From an uncultured Eubacteriales bacterium (GTDB lineage Bacteria > Bacillota > Clostridia > Oscillospirales > Acutalibacteraceae): a DNA stretch of 64,000 nt. A model generated the notes under the pieces. The model was given only the letters and a program-made list of their open reading frames with translations, searched no databases and was not told where the DNA came from. A program made the translations under genes and the position numbers. The stretch covers positions 12,057-76,056 of the forward strand of contig OMZU01000003.1 of NCBI GenBank assembly GCA_900315605.1, read 5' to 3'. Position 1 is the first letter of the stretch, and every line of letters starts with the position of its first letter. This document shows positions 1-10,001 of this stretch, piece by piece.

Positions 1-5
1 TCAAG

Positions 6-398
6 GTGCTTGAGGAAAGCAACCTTTCTACAATAGAGATTTCGGACGATACAGACAAGATCCGTCTGGAAAAGCCAAAGAACGTAACCACTCAGATCGC
101 GGAGCCTGCTGCGGATACAACCGTGTATTCTCCTGCCGCGTCGGTTTCTGTTCAGCCCACACCCGGCAAGAGCATCAACGCTCCTATCGTCGGCGTTTTC
201 TATGTTGCTCCCTCCCCCGACGCCGAGCCCTATGCTCCGGTCGGCAAAAGAGTCAAAAAAGGTGACATCGTGTGCATCATAGAAGCAATGAAGTGCATGA
301 ATGAGATCCAGGCAGAAGAGGACGGCGAGATCACAGAGGTGCTCGCAAACAACGGAGACCTTGTTGAATACAACCAGCCGTTGTTCAGAATCAAATAA
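6..398 (+). CDS. accB: Acetyl-CoA carboxylase biotin carboxyl carrier protein (true start probably before the window)
   Basis: EAMKCMNEI biotinylation motif, Ala/Pro-rich linker, first in acc cluster. Confidence 0.95.
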   Translation: MLEESNLSTIEISDDTDKIRLEKPKNVTTQIAEPAADTTVYSPAASVSVQPTPGKSINAPIVGVFYVAPSPDAEPYAPVGKRVKKGDIVCIIEAMKCMNEIQAEEDGEITEVLANNGDLVEYNQPLFRIK

Positions 399-413
399 TA
401 TTCGGAGAAAACT

Positions 414-839
414 ATGCTTAACAAAGAAGAAATCATGAAGATCCTGCCCCACCGCGACAATATGCTTTTGGTTGAAGAATCCGAGAGAGTTGACGAAAAC
501 ACCGCAAAGGGCAGATATACCGTTAAGGGTGACGAATTCTTTTTGCAGGGACATTTTCCGGGCAACCCCGTTGTTCCGGGAGTTATTCTCTGCGAAATGA
601 TGGGTCAGGCAAGCTGCTGTCTGCTTGCGGACAAGGTCAGCAACTGCACGCCGTATTTTACCAAAATGAACAACGTCAAGTTCAAAAGCCCGGTAAAGCC
701 GGGTGACACGCTTGAAAGCGTTTGCACGCTTACAAAAAGCCGCGGCGCGTTTTATTTTATCGACGCCAAGGGCTATGTTGACGGAAAGCTTTGCGTCAGC
801 GCGGAGCTGTCGTTCGCTCTTGTTGAAAACAAGGAATGA
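414..839 (+). CDS. fabZ: 3-hydroxyacyl-ACP dehydratase
   Basis: LPHR N-terminal motif, FFLQGHFPGNPVVPGVILCE. Confidence 0.95.
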   Translation: MLNKEEIMKILPHRDNMLLVEESERVDENTAKGRYTVKGDEFFLQGHFPGNPVVPGVILCEMMGQASCCLLADKVSNCTPYFTKMNNVKFKSPVKPGDTLESVCTLTKSRGAFYFIDAKGYVDGKLCVSAELSFALVENKE

Positions 840-924
840 CCCGAACCGGCGGCATTGACTTTTGGGGTGCCCCCTATAACAGAACAAAATTCCAATGCGC
901 TTTGGCGCAAAAGAGTGTGATAAT

Positions 925-2274
925 ATGTTTTCTAAAATTTTGATAGCCAACCGCGGAGAGATCGCAGTCAGGATAATCAGAGCCTGCCGCGAAATGGGGA
1001 TCTCAACGGTAGCGATTTATTCCGAGGCAGACAAAAACGCCATGCACGTTCAGCTCGCCGACGAAAGCTACTGCGTCGGCGGAAGCAGGGTGAGCGAAAG
1101 CTACCTTAACATCCCGGCGATCCTCACGGTTGCAGTTGAAAGCGGAGCCCAGGCGATCCACCCGGGCTATGGTTTGCTTTCGGAAAACGCAAAATTTGTT
1201 TCGCTGTGCGAGCAATGCAACATCAACTTTATCGGTCCCACCTCCGAGATGATCCGCAAGCTCGGCGACAAGGACAACGCGCGAAAAACAATGAGAGCCG
1301 CCGGCGTTCCGGTGACTCCCGGCTGCGATATAGTCGAAAATATCGAGGAAGCCAAGGCGGAGGCTGAAAAAATAGGTTTTCCGCTGCTTATCAAGGCGCG
1401 CGCGGGCGGCGGCGGAAAAGGGATCCGCAGAGTTGATTTTATAGAGCAGTTTGAAGAAGCGTTTTTGGCGGCTTCAAGCGAGGCAAAATCGGCGTTTGGC
1501 GACGGAGCCTGCTACCTTGAAAAATTCATTTTCCCGGTAAAGCACATTGAAATGCAGCTTCTCTGCGACAAATACGACAACATAATTTGTCTGGGCGAGA
1601 GAGAATGCTCGATCCAGCGCAAAAACCAGAAAATGATCGAGGAAAGCCCAAGCCCCGCGCTCGACGAAAAAACGCGCAAGCAAATGATGATCGCCGCAGT
1701 AAGAGCGGCAAAGGCTGTAAATTACATAAACGCCGGAACCGTTGAGTTTTTGCTCGACAACAACAGCAATTTTTACTTTATGGAAATGAACACAAGATTG
1801 CAGGTTGAGCACGGCGTGACCGAAATGGTGACCGGGCTTGACATAGTTCAGTGGCAGATCCGCATTGCAGCCGGCGCGATGCTCAGCCGCACCCAGGACA
1901 GCATTTTTACGCACGGCAATGTTATTGAATGCAGGATCAACGCCGAAAATCCCGACAAGGGCTACCGCCCAAGCTGCGGAAGGATCACGCGGCTTCACAC
2001 CCCCGGCGGCTCGTTCGTTCGCTTTGACACGGCGATATATCAGGATTATGTTGTTCCGCCGTATTACGACTCGATGATCGGCAAACTGATCGTTCAGGCA
2101 CGAAGCCGTGCCGAGGCTATCCGCAAGATGAAAATGGCTTTGTCCGAGCTGACGATCGACGGCATCGACATCAACCGCGACGTGCTTGCCGAGATCCTTT
2201 CGGACGAAAGGTTTGAAAGCGGAGAATATACAACCGATTTTATGTCGGATTTTGAAAAACGCAGAAATAACTGA
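925..2274 (+). CDS. accC: Acetyl-CoA carboxylase biotin carboxylase subunit
   Basis: KILIANRGEIAVR, GGGGKG, FMEMNTRLQVEH; ATG 925 preferred over 895. Confidence 0.97.
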   Translation: MFSKILIANRGEIAVRIIRACREMGISTVAIYSEADKNAMHVQLADESYCVGGSRVSESYLNIPAILTVAVESGAQAIHPGYGLLSENAKFVSLCEQCNINFIGPTSEMIRKLGDKDNARKTMRAAGVPVTPGCDIVENIEEAKAEAEKIGFPLLIKARAGGGGKGIRRVDFIEQFEEAFLAASSEAKSAFGDGACYLEKFIFPVKHIEMQLLCDKYDNIICLGERECSIQRKNQKMIEESPSPALDEKTRKQMMIAAVRAAKAVNYINAGTVEFLLDNNSNFYFMEMNTRLQVEHGVTEMVTGLDIVQWQIRIAAGAMLSRTQDSIFTHGNVIECRINAENPDKGYRPSCGRITRLHTPGGSFVRFDTAIYQDYVVPPYYDSMIGKLIVQARSRAEAIRKMKMALSELTIDGIDINRDVLAEILSDERFESGEYTTDFMSDFEKRRNN

Positions 2275-2292
2275 TTTTATTTTTAACATACT

Positions 2293-3150
2293 ATGGACTT
2301 ATTTTCTTTTGTAAAACCCAAAAATGAGCTTGAATCCAAGCCCGACGAAAAACAAAAGCCCTTTGTGCCCGAGGAAATGTGGGTCAAATGCCCAAGCTGC
2401 AATCAGATGCTTCTTACCACCGATTTGCAGGAAAACCTCTATGTCTGCACGCGCTGCAATCATCATTTTAGGATCAGCGCGCAAAAAAGGCTGGATATGC
2501 TTGCCGACAGCGGAAGCTTTGCGGAATTTGACGCGGAGATGAAAAGCAGAAATATACTGGACTTTCCCGGCTATGACAAAAAGCTTGAAAAGGCGGAGAA
2601 AAACGCCAACGAAAGCGTGACCTGCGGCGAATGTACGATAGGCGGTATAAAAACCGTGCTTTGCGTTATGAACGCCGACTTTATGATGGGCAGCATGGGC
2701 ACAGTCACCGGCGAAAAAATAACGCGCGCTTTTGAATACGCAACCGAAAACCGGCTTCCGGTCATTGTTTGCACCGTTTCGGGCGGAGCAAGAATGCAGG
2801 AGGGCATCTTGTCGCTCATGCAAATGGCAAAGACCTCCGGCGCAGTCAAAAGACACAGCGACGCAGGCTTGCTTTATATCACAGTTTTGACCGACCCGAC
2901 CACAGGCGGAGTCACGGCTTCGTTTGCAATGGAGGGCGACATCATCCTTGCCGAGCCTGACGCGCTCGTTGCGTTCGCAGGACCCAGGGTCATTGAGCAG
3001 ACTATCCGTCAAAAGCTTCCAAAGGACTTTCAAACCTCTGAATTCGTTATGCAAAAGGGCTTTATCGACGCGGTCGTTGATCGCGGAGCCTTGAAGGAAA
3101 CGCTTTCAAAGCTGCTTAAAATGCACGGATACAAGGAGGCGAAGCAATGA
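2293..3150 (+). CDS. accD: Acetyl-CoA carboxylase carboxyltransferase beta subunit
   Basis: WVKCPSC..CTRC zinc finger, [13 protein letters not shown]. Confidence 0.97.
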   Translation: MDLFSFVKPKNELESKPDEKQKPFVPEEMWVKCPSCNQMLLTTDLQENLYVCTRCNHHFRISAQKRLDMLADSGSFAEFDAEMKSRNILDFPGYDKKLEKAEKNANESVTCGECTIGGIKTVLCVMNADFMMGSMGTVTGEKITRAFEYATENRLPVIVCTVSGGARMQEGILSLMQMAKTSGAVKRHSDAGLLYITVLTDPTTGGVTASFAMEGDIILAEPDALVAFAGPRVIEQTIRQKLPKDFQTSEFVMQKGFIDAVVDRGALKETLSKLLKMHGYKEAKQ

Positions 3151-3959
3151 CGGCATATGAAAGAGTTATGGCGGCAAGAGATTCCAAAAAGCTGACTGCC
3201 GTTGATTATATCAGCCATATGTTCGGCGACAGCTTCTTTGAGCTGCACGGCGACAGAAGATACGAGGACGACAAGGCGATCGTCGCAGGGCTTGCAATGC
3301 TTTATGACACTCCGATCACCGTTATCGGAATTGAAAAGGGCAGAAACACCAAGGAGCGCGTGGAGCGCAATTTCGGTCAGGCTCACCCCGAGGGATACCG
3401 AAAAGCCCTAAGGCTGATGAAGCAGGCCGAAAAATTCCGCCGTCCTGTTCTGTGTCTGGTAGACACAAGCGGCGCGTTCTGCGGGATCGGCGCAGAAGAA
3501 AGAGGTCAGGGTCAGGCAATTGCCGAAAACCTGATGGAAATGATGACGCTGAAAACCCCTGTTCTCACGATCCTTATCGGAGAAGGCGGAAGCGGCGGCG
3601 CGCTCGCGCTTGCGGTAGCCGACGAGGTTTGGATGCTCGAAAACTCGGTTTATTCGGTAATTTCTCCCGAGGGCTGCGCTTCTATTCTTTGGAAAGACAG
3701 CTCAAAGGCACCCGAGGCGGCGGAGGCATTGAAGATGACCGCTCAGGATCTGTTCGGGCTCGGCGTGATCGAGCGTATCATTCGCCAGCCAAAGGCAGAC
3801 GACAAGGCGATGTTTGAGAGCTTAAAGCTGCTTGTGAGCAGGACCTTTGAGAAAAACCTGGCTATGACAAACGAAGAGCTGCTTGAGCACCGCTACGGCA
3901 GATTCAGAAAAATAGGGGCAAATCAGAATAATACCTTGAGCGACAAGGAAACAACATAA
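3147..3959 (+). CDS. accA: Acetyl-CoA carboxylase carboxyltransferase alpha subunit
   Basis: [24 protein letters not shown]; overlaps accD stop (ATGA). Confidence 0.96.
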   Translation: MTAYERVMAARDSKKLTAVDYISHMFGDSFFELHGDRRYEDDKAIVAGLAMLYDTPITVIGIEKGRNTKERVERNFGQAHPEGYRKALRLMKQAEKFRRPVLCLVDTSGAFCGIGAEERGQGQAIAENLMEMMTLKTPVLTILIGEGGSGGALALAVADEVWMLENSVYSVISPEGCASILWKDSSKAPEAAEALKMTAQDLFGLGVIERIIRQPKADDKAMFESLKLLVSRTFEKNLAMTNEELLEHRYGRFRKIGANQNNTLSDKETT

Positions 3960-4030
3960 TATTATAAACCAAGGGCAATTTCGCACGTTTATGCGGCATT
4001 GCCCTATAATCGGGCAAAGGTGAGGAAAGT

Positions 4031-4819
4031 ATGAAAAAAGTACTTGGCAACATTTTCAGGTTTTTGATGATAGCTATTTCCGCAGTCATGCTCGGCTGCT
4101 TTGTGGAAACGATGTTTTCAAACATGGTGAACATCGGAAATATAGTCGGCTGCGCGCTGTGCTTGTGGATCATTTGCGTTTGCATAAAGCCACTGCACCA
4201 AAAGATAAGAGATTCACTGAAAAAAACTAAATTTACGAGCTTTATTTACCGTTTTGTCAGCTTTTTATTCATTTTTCTTACGATCTACGGAGCGATCGTT
4301 ACCGGCGCAATGGTATACGCCGCGCTTCAGCCTCCGACACCGGGAGCGACCGCTTTGGTTTTGGGCGCGTATGTAAGGCCAAACGGCGAACCGTCCAACA
4401 TGCTCTACGGAAGGATCATGGCGGCTGAGGAATACCTGAACGAAAATCCCGACGCCGACGCCATTCTCACCGGCGGTCAGGGCGACAACGAGGTTATGAG
4501 CGAGGCGGATTGTATGTACCGCGTGCTGACCGAGGACGGTGTGTCCCCGGACAGGCTCTACAGAGAGGTGGAGGCGAACAATACCTTTAAGAACATTGTC
4601 AACTCAAAGCGAATCATCGAGGACAACGCGCTGGGCAATGATATTGCGATTTGCACCGACGGCTTTCATCAGCTCAGGGCAAGGCTTATCGCGTCTCAGA
4701 CCGGGATCAGCGGCAAGATCGGCGCGGTGAACGCCAAAACAAGGCTTTGGTACATTCCTACATATGCGGTTCGCGAATGGTTCGCCCTGCCCTATCAGCT
4801 TCTTGTACCCCAGCACTGA
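4031..4819 (+). CDS. YdcF/DUF218 (ElyC/SanA-like) membrane protein
   Basis: N-terminal TM helices, VLGA, ILTGGQG..E..SEA, NTFKNI, TDGFHQLRA, REW motifs. Confidence 0.85.
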   Translation: MKKVLGNIFRFLMIAISAVMLGCFVETMFSNMVNIGNIVGCALCLWIICVCIKPLHQKIRDSLKKTKFTSFIYRFVSFLFIFLTIYGAIVTGAMVYAALQPPTPGATALVLGAYVRPNGEPSNMLYGRIMAAEEYLNENPDADAILTGGQGDNEVMSEADCMYRVLTEDGVSPDRLYREVEANNTFKNIVNSKRIIEDNALGNDIAICTDGFHQLRARLIASQTGISGKIGAVNAKTRLWYIPTYAVREWFALPYQLLVPQH

Positions 4820-4830
4820 TCTTTTGGTTT

Positions 4831-4862
4831 AATGGACAATTGACAATGGAAAATTGACAATT
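4831..4862. repeat. Heptamer micro-repeat AAT(G/T)GA(C/A) x4.5
   Basis: aatggac aattgac aatggaa aattgac aatt. Confidence 0.75.
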
Positions 4863-4987
4863 TCGGTCGAGCAGACAGGTTTTGCTTTAAAAAAACGTTT
4901 CCGCCCGATTGTATCAATATTGCTATAGTTTTATTAAAACGCACCCATGTGTGCGACTTCGGTTAAGCACAGCATTACCTTAAGCAC

Positions 4988-5020
4988 AAAACCTCCTGTT
5001 CGTTTGAGCAGGAGGTTTTT
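4988..5020. terminator. Intrinsic terminator between convergent ydcF-like gene and ddh
   Basis: aaaacctcctg..caggaggttttt hairpin with A/T tails. Confidence 0.85.
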
Positions 5021-5046
5021 ATACTATTGGTTTGGTTTAATATATG

Positions 5047-6024
5047 TTACAGCAAATGCGCTCTGAGCTCCTCGCCTGATTTTGCGCTGAGATATGCAGG
5101 CGGAAGATCAAAGATCGTCTTTGCGCCGCTTGCGCCCTCGCTGTTGAGCCTTTGAGCCGCACGCGCACATGCGATCAGCACCGAACCGGTAAACTCGGGG
5201 TTTGAGTCGAGCTTTAGGCTGTACTCAATTACATGCTTGTTGCCGTCGCTGGTGCTGCCGGAATAGATCACCGAGCCGCCGTGGGGCAGTCCGCTGTGGT
5301 TCTGCTTCATTTCCTCGGCGGAAATAAAGTGAACGGTGGTGTCGTAGTCTGCAAAATAGTTAGGCATTGTCTTGATCTCGTTTTCGATCCGCGCCAAGTC
5401 CGCGCCCTCCTCGGCAACGACAAAGCACTCTCTTGTGTGCTTTTCGCGAGTTGAAAGAGTCGGGTCTGCTCCGCTTCTCACCTTGTCAAGAGCCTGCGGA
5501 ACAGGGATCGTGTACTGGCGGCAGTCGAGCACTCCCTCGATCCTTCTTACAGCGTCGGAATGACCCTGGCTCACGCCCTTGCCCCAGAAGGTGTAATCCT
5601 TTCCGTCGGGGAGAACGGCGGTTGCGTACAGTCTGCTGATCGAAAACATTCCGGGATCCCAGCCGCAGGAGATTATGCCGATTTTGCCTGCTTTTTTGGC
5701 TGCCGCGTCAACGTTTGCAAAATGCTCCGGCACCCTTGCGTGAGTGTCGAACGAATCGATCACGTTGTACATAGCGGCATACTTTGGGGTCATTTCGGGC
5801 AGGTCGGTCGCGCTTCCTCCGCAGATAACCAGCACGTCGATGTCTTCCTTGCCTGTGTCAAGCTCGGCAACGCTCTTGACCGGCACGCCCTCGGTGTTGA
5901 TCGTCATTGAACCGGGGTCGCGGCGCGTATACACCGCAACAAGCTCCATGTCGTCGTTCTTCTTAACAGCGGCTTCAACGCCTCTGCCCAGGTTGCCGTA
6001 GCCCAAAATTCCGATTTTTATCAT
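5047..6024 (-). CDS. ddh: Meso-diaminopimelate dehydrogenase
   Basis: IGILGYGNLG, DSFDTHA, GWDPGMFS, FWGKGVSQGHSDA, HTRECFVV. Confidence 0.96.
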   Translation of the reverse strand: MIKIGILGYGNLGRGVEAAVKKNDDMELVAVYTRRDPGSMTINTEGVPVKSVAELDTGKEDIDVLVICGGSATDLPEMTPKYAAMYNVIDSFDTHARVPEHFANVDAAAKKAGKIGIISCGWDPGMFSISRLYATAVLPDGKDYTFWGKGVSQGHSDAVRRIEGVLDCRQYTIPVPQALDKVRSGADPTLSTREKHTRECFVVAEEGADLARIENEIKTMPNYFADYDTTVHFISAEEMKQNHSGLPHGGSVIYSGSTSDGNKHVIEYSLKLDSNPEFTGSVLIACARAAQRLNSEGASGAKTIFDLPPAYLSAKSGEELRAHLL

Positions 6025-6061
6025 TTGCTTACCTCCATAGTTTATATGTGCTTATTTGATA

Positions 6062-6205
6062 TAGGCAATACCGCATAATTCTGGTGCGCGGATTGCGTAG
6101 TCAGATTTTTCGTCAGAATGTACAAATAATCAGTGTGCATACTGACGTATGGATACTGATAATATGCAAGCAAGGCGTGCGCCATGAATTGTGCGGTGTT
6201 GCCTA
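6062..6205. mobile_element. 144-bp MITE-like element (family A) with terminal inverted repeats and flanking TA
   Basis: TA-TAGGCAATACCGCATAATT at 6060-6080; reverse complement of 6187-6207 is TA-TAGGCAACACCGCACAATT (19/21). Confidence 0.65.
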
Positions 6206-6209
6206 TACA

Positions 6210-7052
6210 TTATTTTGCGATTTTCAGCGAAATGTCAAACGCCTTGACCGAATGGGTGATCGCGCCCATTGAGATTATGTCAACGCCGGTTTCGGCGATC
6301 GCACGGATCGTTTCGTCGGTGATCCCGCCGCTTGCTTCAAGGATCGCTCTGCCGTCGGTGATTTTTACGGCTTCCTTCATCATGTCTACGCTCATATTGT
6401 CGAGCATGATAACATCGACCCCGGCGTTTATCGCTTCGTTAAGCTCGTCAAGATTTCTGACCTCCAGCTCGATTTTCGTCATATGACCGAGCTTTGATTT
6501 CAGCTTTTTTACTGCGTTTGTGATCCCGCCGCCGGCGTCAACATGGTTGTCCTTGAGCATTGCCGCGTCGGAAAGATTGTAGCGGTGATTTCTGCCGCCG
6601 CCCACAGTCACGGCGTATTTTTGCAGGGGTCTCAGCCCCGGAAGGGTCTTTCGTGTGTCGGCGATCGTTGCGTTTGTGCCCTCAATAAGCTTTACCGCCT
6701 TGTTTGTGGCGGTGGCAACTCCGCTCATATGCTGTATCAGATTGAGCGCGGTGCGCTCGCCCTTGAGGATAGTCTTGGTTTTTCCGCTGATCTCGGCGAT
6801 TATGTCACCGTTTTTGAGCTCGTCGCCGTCGCGCTTGAAGATTTTTGCCTTAACGTCGCCGGGCTGCAAAACCTCAAAAACTCTGAGTGCAAGCTCAAGT
6901 CCGCAGAGGATTCCGTCGCTTTTTGCCAGAAATCTTGCGGTGTTCTCCTGGTCGTCGTCAATAAGATAGTCGGTCGCCGCGTCAAGGTAATTGATGTCCT
7001 CAAGCAGCGCGGTTTTGATTATATTGTCTGCATATATGCTGTTAAGCGTCAT
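6210..7052 (-). CDS. nadC: Quinolinate phosphoribosyltransferase
   Basis: DTRKT, GGGRNHRYNLSD, LKDNH, IELEV, MLDN, EASGG; GGAGG RBS before ATG 7052. Confidence 0.97.
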   Translation of the reverse strand: MTLNSIYADNIIKTALLEDINYLDAATDYLIDDDQENTARFLAKSDGILCGLELALRVFEVLQPGDVKAKIFKRDGDELKNGDIIAEISGKTKTILKGERTALNLIQHMSGVATATNKAVKLIEGTNATIADTRKTLPGLRPLQKYAVTVGGGRNHRYNLSDAAMLKDNHVDAGGGITNAVKKLKSKLGHMTKIELEVRNLDELNEAINAGVDVIMLDNMSVDMMKEAVKITDGRAILEASGGITDETIRAIAETGVDIISMGAITHSVKAFDISLKIAK

Positions 7053-8514
7053 TTTCGTCCTCCAATACTTCGTCAAAAATTATGCTTGCCACGATCGCTA
7101 TGCTTCTCGCTTCTATGAGGTCGGAGCTGATCTGGTAGCTCTTTGAAAAGAGCTCGGCAACGATCTCTTCGACCTTTTTTTGACTTTCGCGGTATTTTTC
7201 CGGCTTTGGGATTACAAAATACGCGTCCTGCAAAATCTCTCTGATCTGCGAACGGAAGCCCCTCGGCATTGGTTCTCCTTTGATCGGGCGGTGCGCAGGC
7301 TCGATACCCAGCGGCTTTCTGCCGTATTTTTTCAGCTTTGCGGTAATGCTTTCGGCTGCTGCGCGCGAGAAAACAAGAGCTTCGAGCAACGAATTGCTAG
7401 CCAGTCTGTTTGCGCCGTGAACTCCGGTATGCGAGCACTCTCCGGCAGCGTAAAGTCCCTCGACCGAGGTTTCGGCAAAAAGATTCACGTCGATTCCGCC
7501 CATAAGGTAGTGCTGACACGGGAAAACGGGGATCCTGTCCTTGGTGATGTCAACGCCCTCCTCAAGACATCTTGAATATATCATCGGGAAGCGTTCTCTG
7601 ATAAAGTCCGCAGGCTTGTGGGTTATGTCAAGATAAAATTTGTCGCTGCCTGTTTTGATCGATTCGCGGATTATCGCGTTTGAAACCACGTCTCGGGGTG
7701 CCAGCTCTCCGCGCTTGTCGTAGTCAAAGGCAAAGCGTTCGCCGTTGCAGTTGAGCAGGACCGCGCCCTCTCCCCTGACAGCCTCGCTTATCAAAAACCG
7801 TTCTCTGTCCTTGTCGGCGGCAAAGGCGGTCGGGTGGAACTGAACGCGCGAAAGGTGCCTGATCTTCGCGCCGAGCATGTGCGCAAAGGCGATCCCGTCG
7901 CCGGTTGCGATCGCAGAATTGGTGGTGTACTGATAGACTCTGCCTATTCCGCCCGTGGCAAGAATACAGAACGAGCTGCCGTAGTATTCGCTTTCGCCGT
8001 TCCTCAGAATACTCAGATAAAAGCCGCCGAGCGATTTGTGGATCGAATAAACCAGCGCGTTGTCAAGTATGGTCACGTTCTCGCGCTGCATAACGACCTC
8101 GATCAGCCTGTCAACGATCGCCTTGCCGGTGCTGTCGCGGTGGTGGACGATCCTGTGGCGGCTGTGGCCGGCTTCAAGGGTTTTGCAAAGCGTTCCGTCG
8201 GGATTTATGTCAAAGTCAACGCCAAGCTCCTTGATTTTCAAAACGTCAAGGGGACCCTCTCTGACAAGCTTTTCAACCGCAGAAAGCTTGTTTTTGTATT
8301 TGCCCGCAATCAGCGTGTCGTTGATATGGAGCTTGTAGCTGTCGTGGATAGTGTCGAGCACGCAGGCAACGCCGCCCTGGGCAAGCGCGCTGTTTGACAA
8401 GTCGAGCTCGCGCTTTGATACAAGCAAAACGCTTATATCGCTCGGAAAATTCAGTGCAGCATACAGACCTGCCGCTCCCGTGCCGACGATTATTACGTCA
8501 TATTTTTTTTTCAT
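7042..8514 (-). CDS. nadB: L-aspartate oxidase
   Basis: GTGAAG FAD motif, AQGGVA, EAGHSRHRI, QFHPT, LISEAVRGEG, HGANRLASNSLLE. Confidence 0.96.
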   Translation of the reverse strand: MKKKYDVIIVGTGAAGLYAALNFPSDISVLLVSKRELDLSNSALAQGGVACVLDTIHDSYKLHINDTLIAGKYKNKLSAVEKLVREGPLDVLKIKELGVDFDINPDGTLCKTLEAGHSRHRIVHHRDSTGKAIVDRLIEVVMQRENVTILDNALVYSIHKSLGGFYLSILRNGESEYYGSSFCILATGGIGRVYQYTTNSAIATGDGIAFAHMLGAKIRHLSRVQFHPTAFAADKDRERFLISEAVRGEGAVLLNCNGERFAFDYDKRGELAPRDVVSNAIIRESIKTGSDKFYLDITHKPADFIRERFPMIYSRCLEEGVDITKDRIPVFPCQHYLMGGIDVNLFAETSVEGLYAAGECSHTGVHGANRLASNSLLEALVFSRAAAESITAKLKKYGRKPLGIEPAHRPIKGEPMPRGFRSQIREILQDAYFVIPKPEKYRESQKKVEEIVAELFSKSYQISSDLIEARSIAIVASIIFDEVLEDENDA

Positions 8515-8623
8515 AATTTTTACTCCGGTTTTTTAAGCAAGGAATTTACAAATTATATATAATGTATTATACTACTAAATGGAAGAATAGTAAACAGAAA
8601 TTTATGATTTTGTGAGGAACAAA

Positions 8624-9874
8624 ATGGATTTAATCAGCAACGAAGTAAAAACAGACCGCGCCCTGCTTGTTAGCGTTGACACAGGAGAATACGACGCTCA
8701 GGCTTCGCTTGACGAGCTTTTTGAGCTGGTTGAGAGTGCCGGAGCAGAGCCTGCTTTCTCGGTCACGCAAAACCTGAACCGTCCGGAAACCGCGACCTTT
8801 GTGGGAACCGGAAAGCTTGCCGAGATCGCCGAGCTTTGCCGCGAGCAGGAGATCGACCTTATTGTTGCAGACAGCGAGCTGTCGCCGACCCAGATCAGAA
8901 ATATTGAAAAAGAAACCGACACAAGAGTGATCGACCGCACCACGCTAATCCTTGACATTTTTGCACAGCGTGCTCGTTCGCGCGAGGGCAAATTGCAGGT
9001 TGAGCTGGCTCAGCTAAAATATATGCTGCCCCGACTGACCGGAAAGGGAATTGAAATGTCAAGGCTGGGCGGCGGAATAGGAACAAGAGGACCCGGCGAA
9101 ACCAAGCTCGAAACCGACCGCAGACACATAAGGCGAAAAATGGAAACGCTCAAGGACGAGCTGAAGGAGCTTGAAAAGCACCGCGAGATGCTAAGGAAGC
9201 GCAGAGAAAAGGACGGCGTGATCACCTGCGCGATCGTCGGCTACACAAACGCCGGCAAGTCAACCTTGATGAACTATTTAACAAACGCAGGCGTGCTGGC
9301 TCAGGACAAGCTTTTTGCAACGCTCGACCCGACCTCGCACGCTCTAAAGCTTCCGAGCGGCATAACAGTTATGATGATAGATACGGTCGGTCTTGTGCGC
9401 CGGCTTCCGCACCATTTGGTCGAAGCGTTCCGCTCAACGCTTGAGGAGGCGGCGACCTCGGATATTATCATCAATCTTTGCGACGCTTCGAGCGAGGAAG
9501 CAAGGACCCACCTGAGCGTTACAAAGGATCTGCTCGATAGTCTGGGCTGCGGAGATACGCCGATCATAACGGTGCTCAACAAGTGCGACCTTTTGCAAAA
9601 CGACGTTATTGCTCAGGATTTTGGCTCCTGCATTAAAATAAGCGCGAAAACCGGCGAGGGGATCGACTTGCTCTTGCAGGCGATCGACGACAATCTGCCG
9701 CTAAGAATGAAGAGGGTCAAGCTTTTGGTGCCGTTTTCCGACGCCGGGATAATAAGCGAAATTCGCCAAAAGGCAACTTTGCTGAACGAGGAATACGTTG
9801 CCGAGGGGATCAGCGTTGAAGCGGTTGTGGACGAGATTTTGTACGCAAGGGTCGTTCAATGGGCGGTCGAATAA
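8624..9874 (+). CDS. hflX: Ribosome-splitting GTPase HflX
   Basis: LILDIFAQRA, GGGIGTRGPGETKLE, GYTNAGKS, DTVG, NKCD. Confidence 0.97.
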   Translation: MDLISNEVKTDRALLVSVDTGEYDAQASLDELFELVESAGAEPAFSVTQNLNRPETATFVGTGKLAEIAELCREQEIDLIVADSELSPTQIRNIEKETDTRVIDRTTLILDIFAQRARSREGKLQVELAQLKYMLPRLTGKGIEMSRLGGGIGTRGPGETKLETDRRHIRRKMETLKDELKELEKHREMLRKRREKDGVITCAIVGYTNAGKSTLMNYLTNAGVLAQDKLFATLDPTSHALKLPSGITVMMIDTVGLVRRLPHHLVEAFRSTLEEAATSDIIINLCDASSEEARTHLSVTKDLLDSLGCGDTPIITVLNKCDLLQNDVIAQDFGSCIKISAKTGEGIDLLLQAIDDNLPLRMKRVKLLVPFSDAGIISEIRQKATLLNEEYVAEGISVEAVVDEILYARVVQWAVE

Positions 9875-10001
9875 TGACAAGCTTTTAACAATGTGACAAT
9901 TTTTCGGTATTGTATTTTTGATTTTTGTTTGTTATAATACTATTTATGTAGGCTGCGTTGCACAGCTTGCGGCGTTGCCATATTATCTTTTATAAGAGGT
10001 T

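Noticed and set aside
6025-6209. Lysine riboswitch upstream of ddh
   Set aside because: No L-box consensus (AGAGGUGC/GAAAGG/ACUG) seen; the space is explained by the family A element
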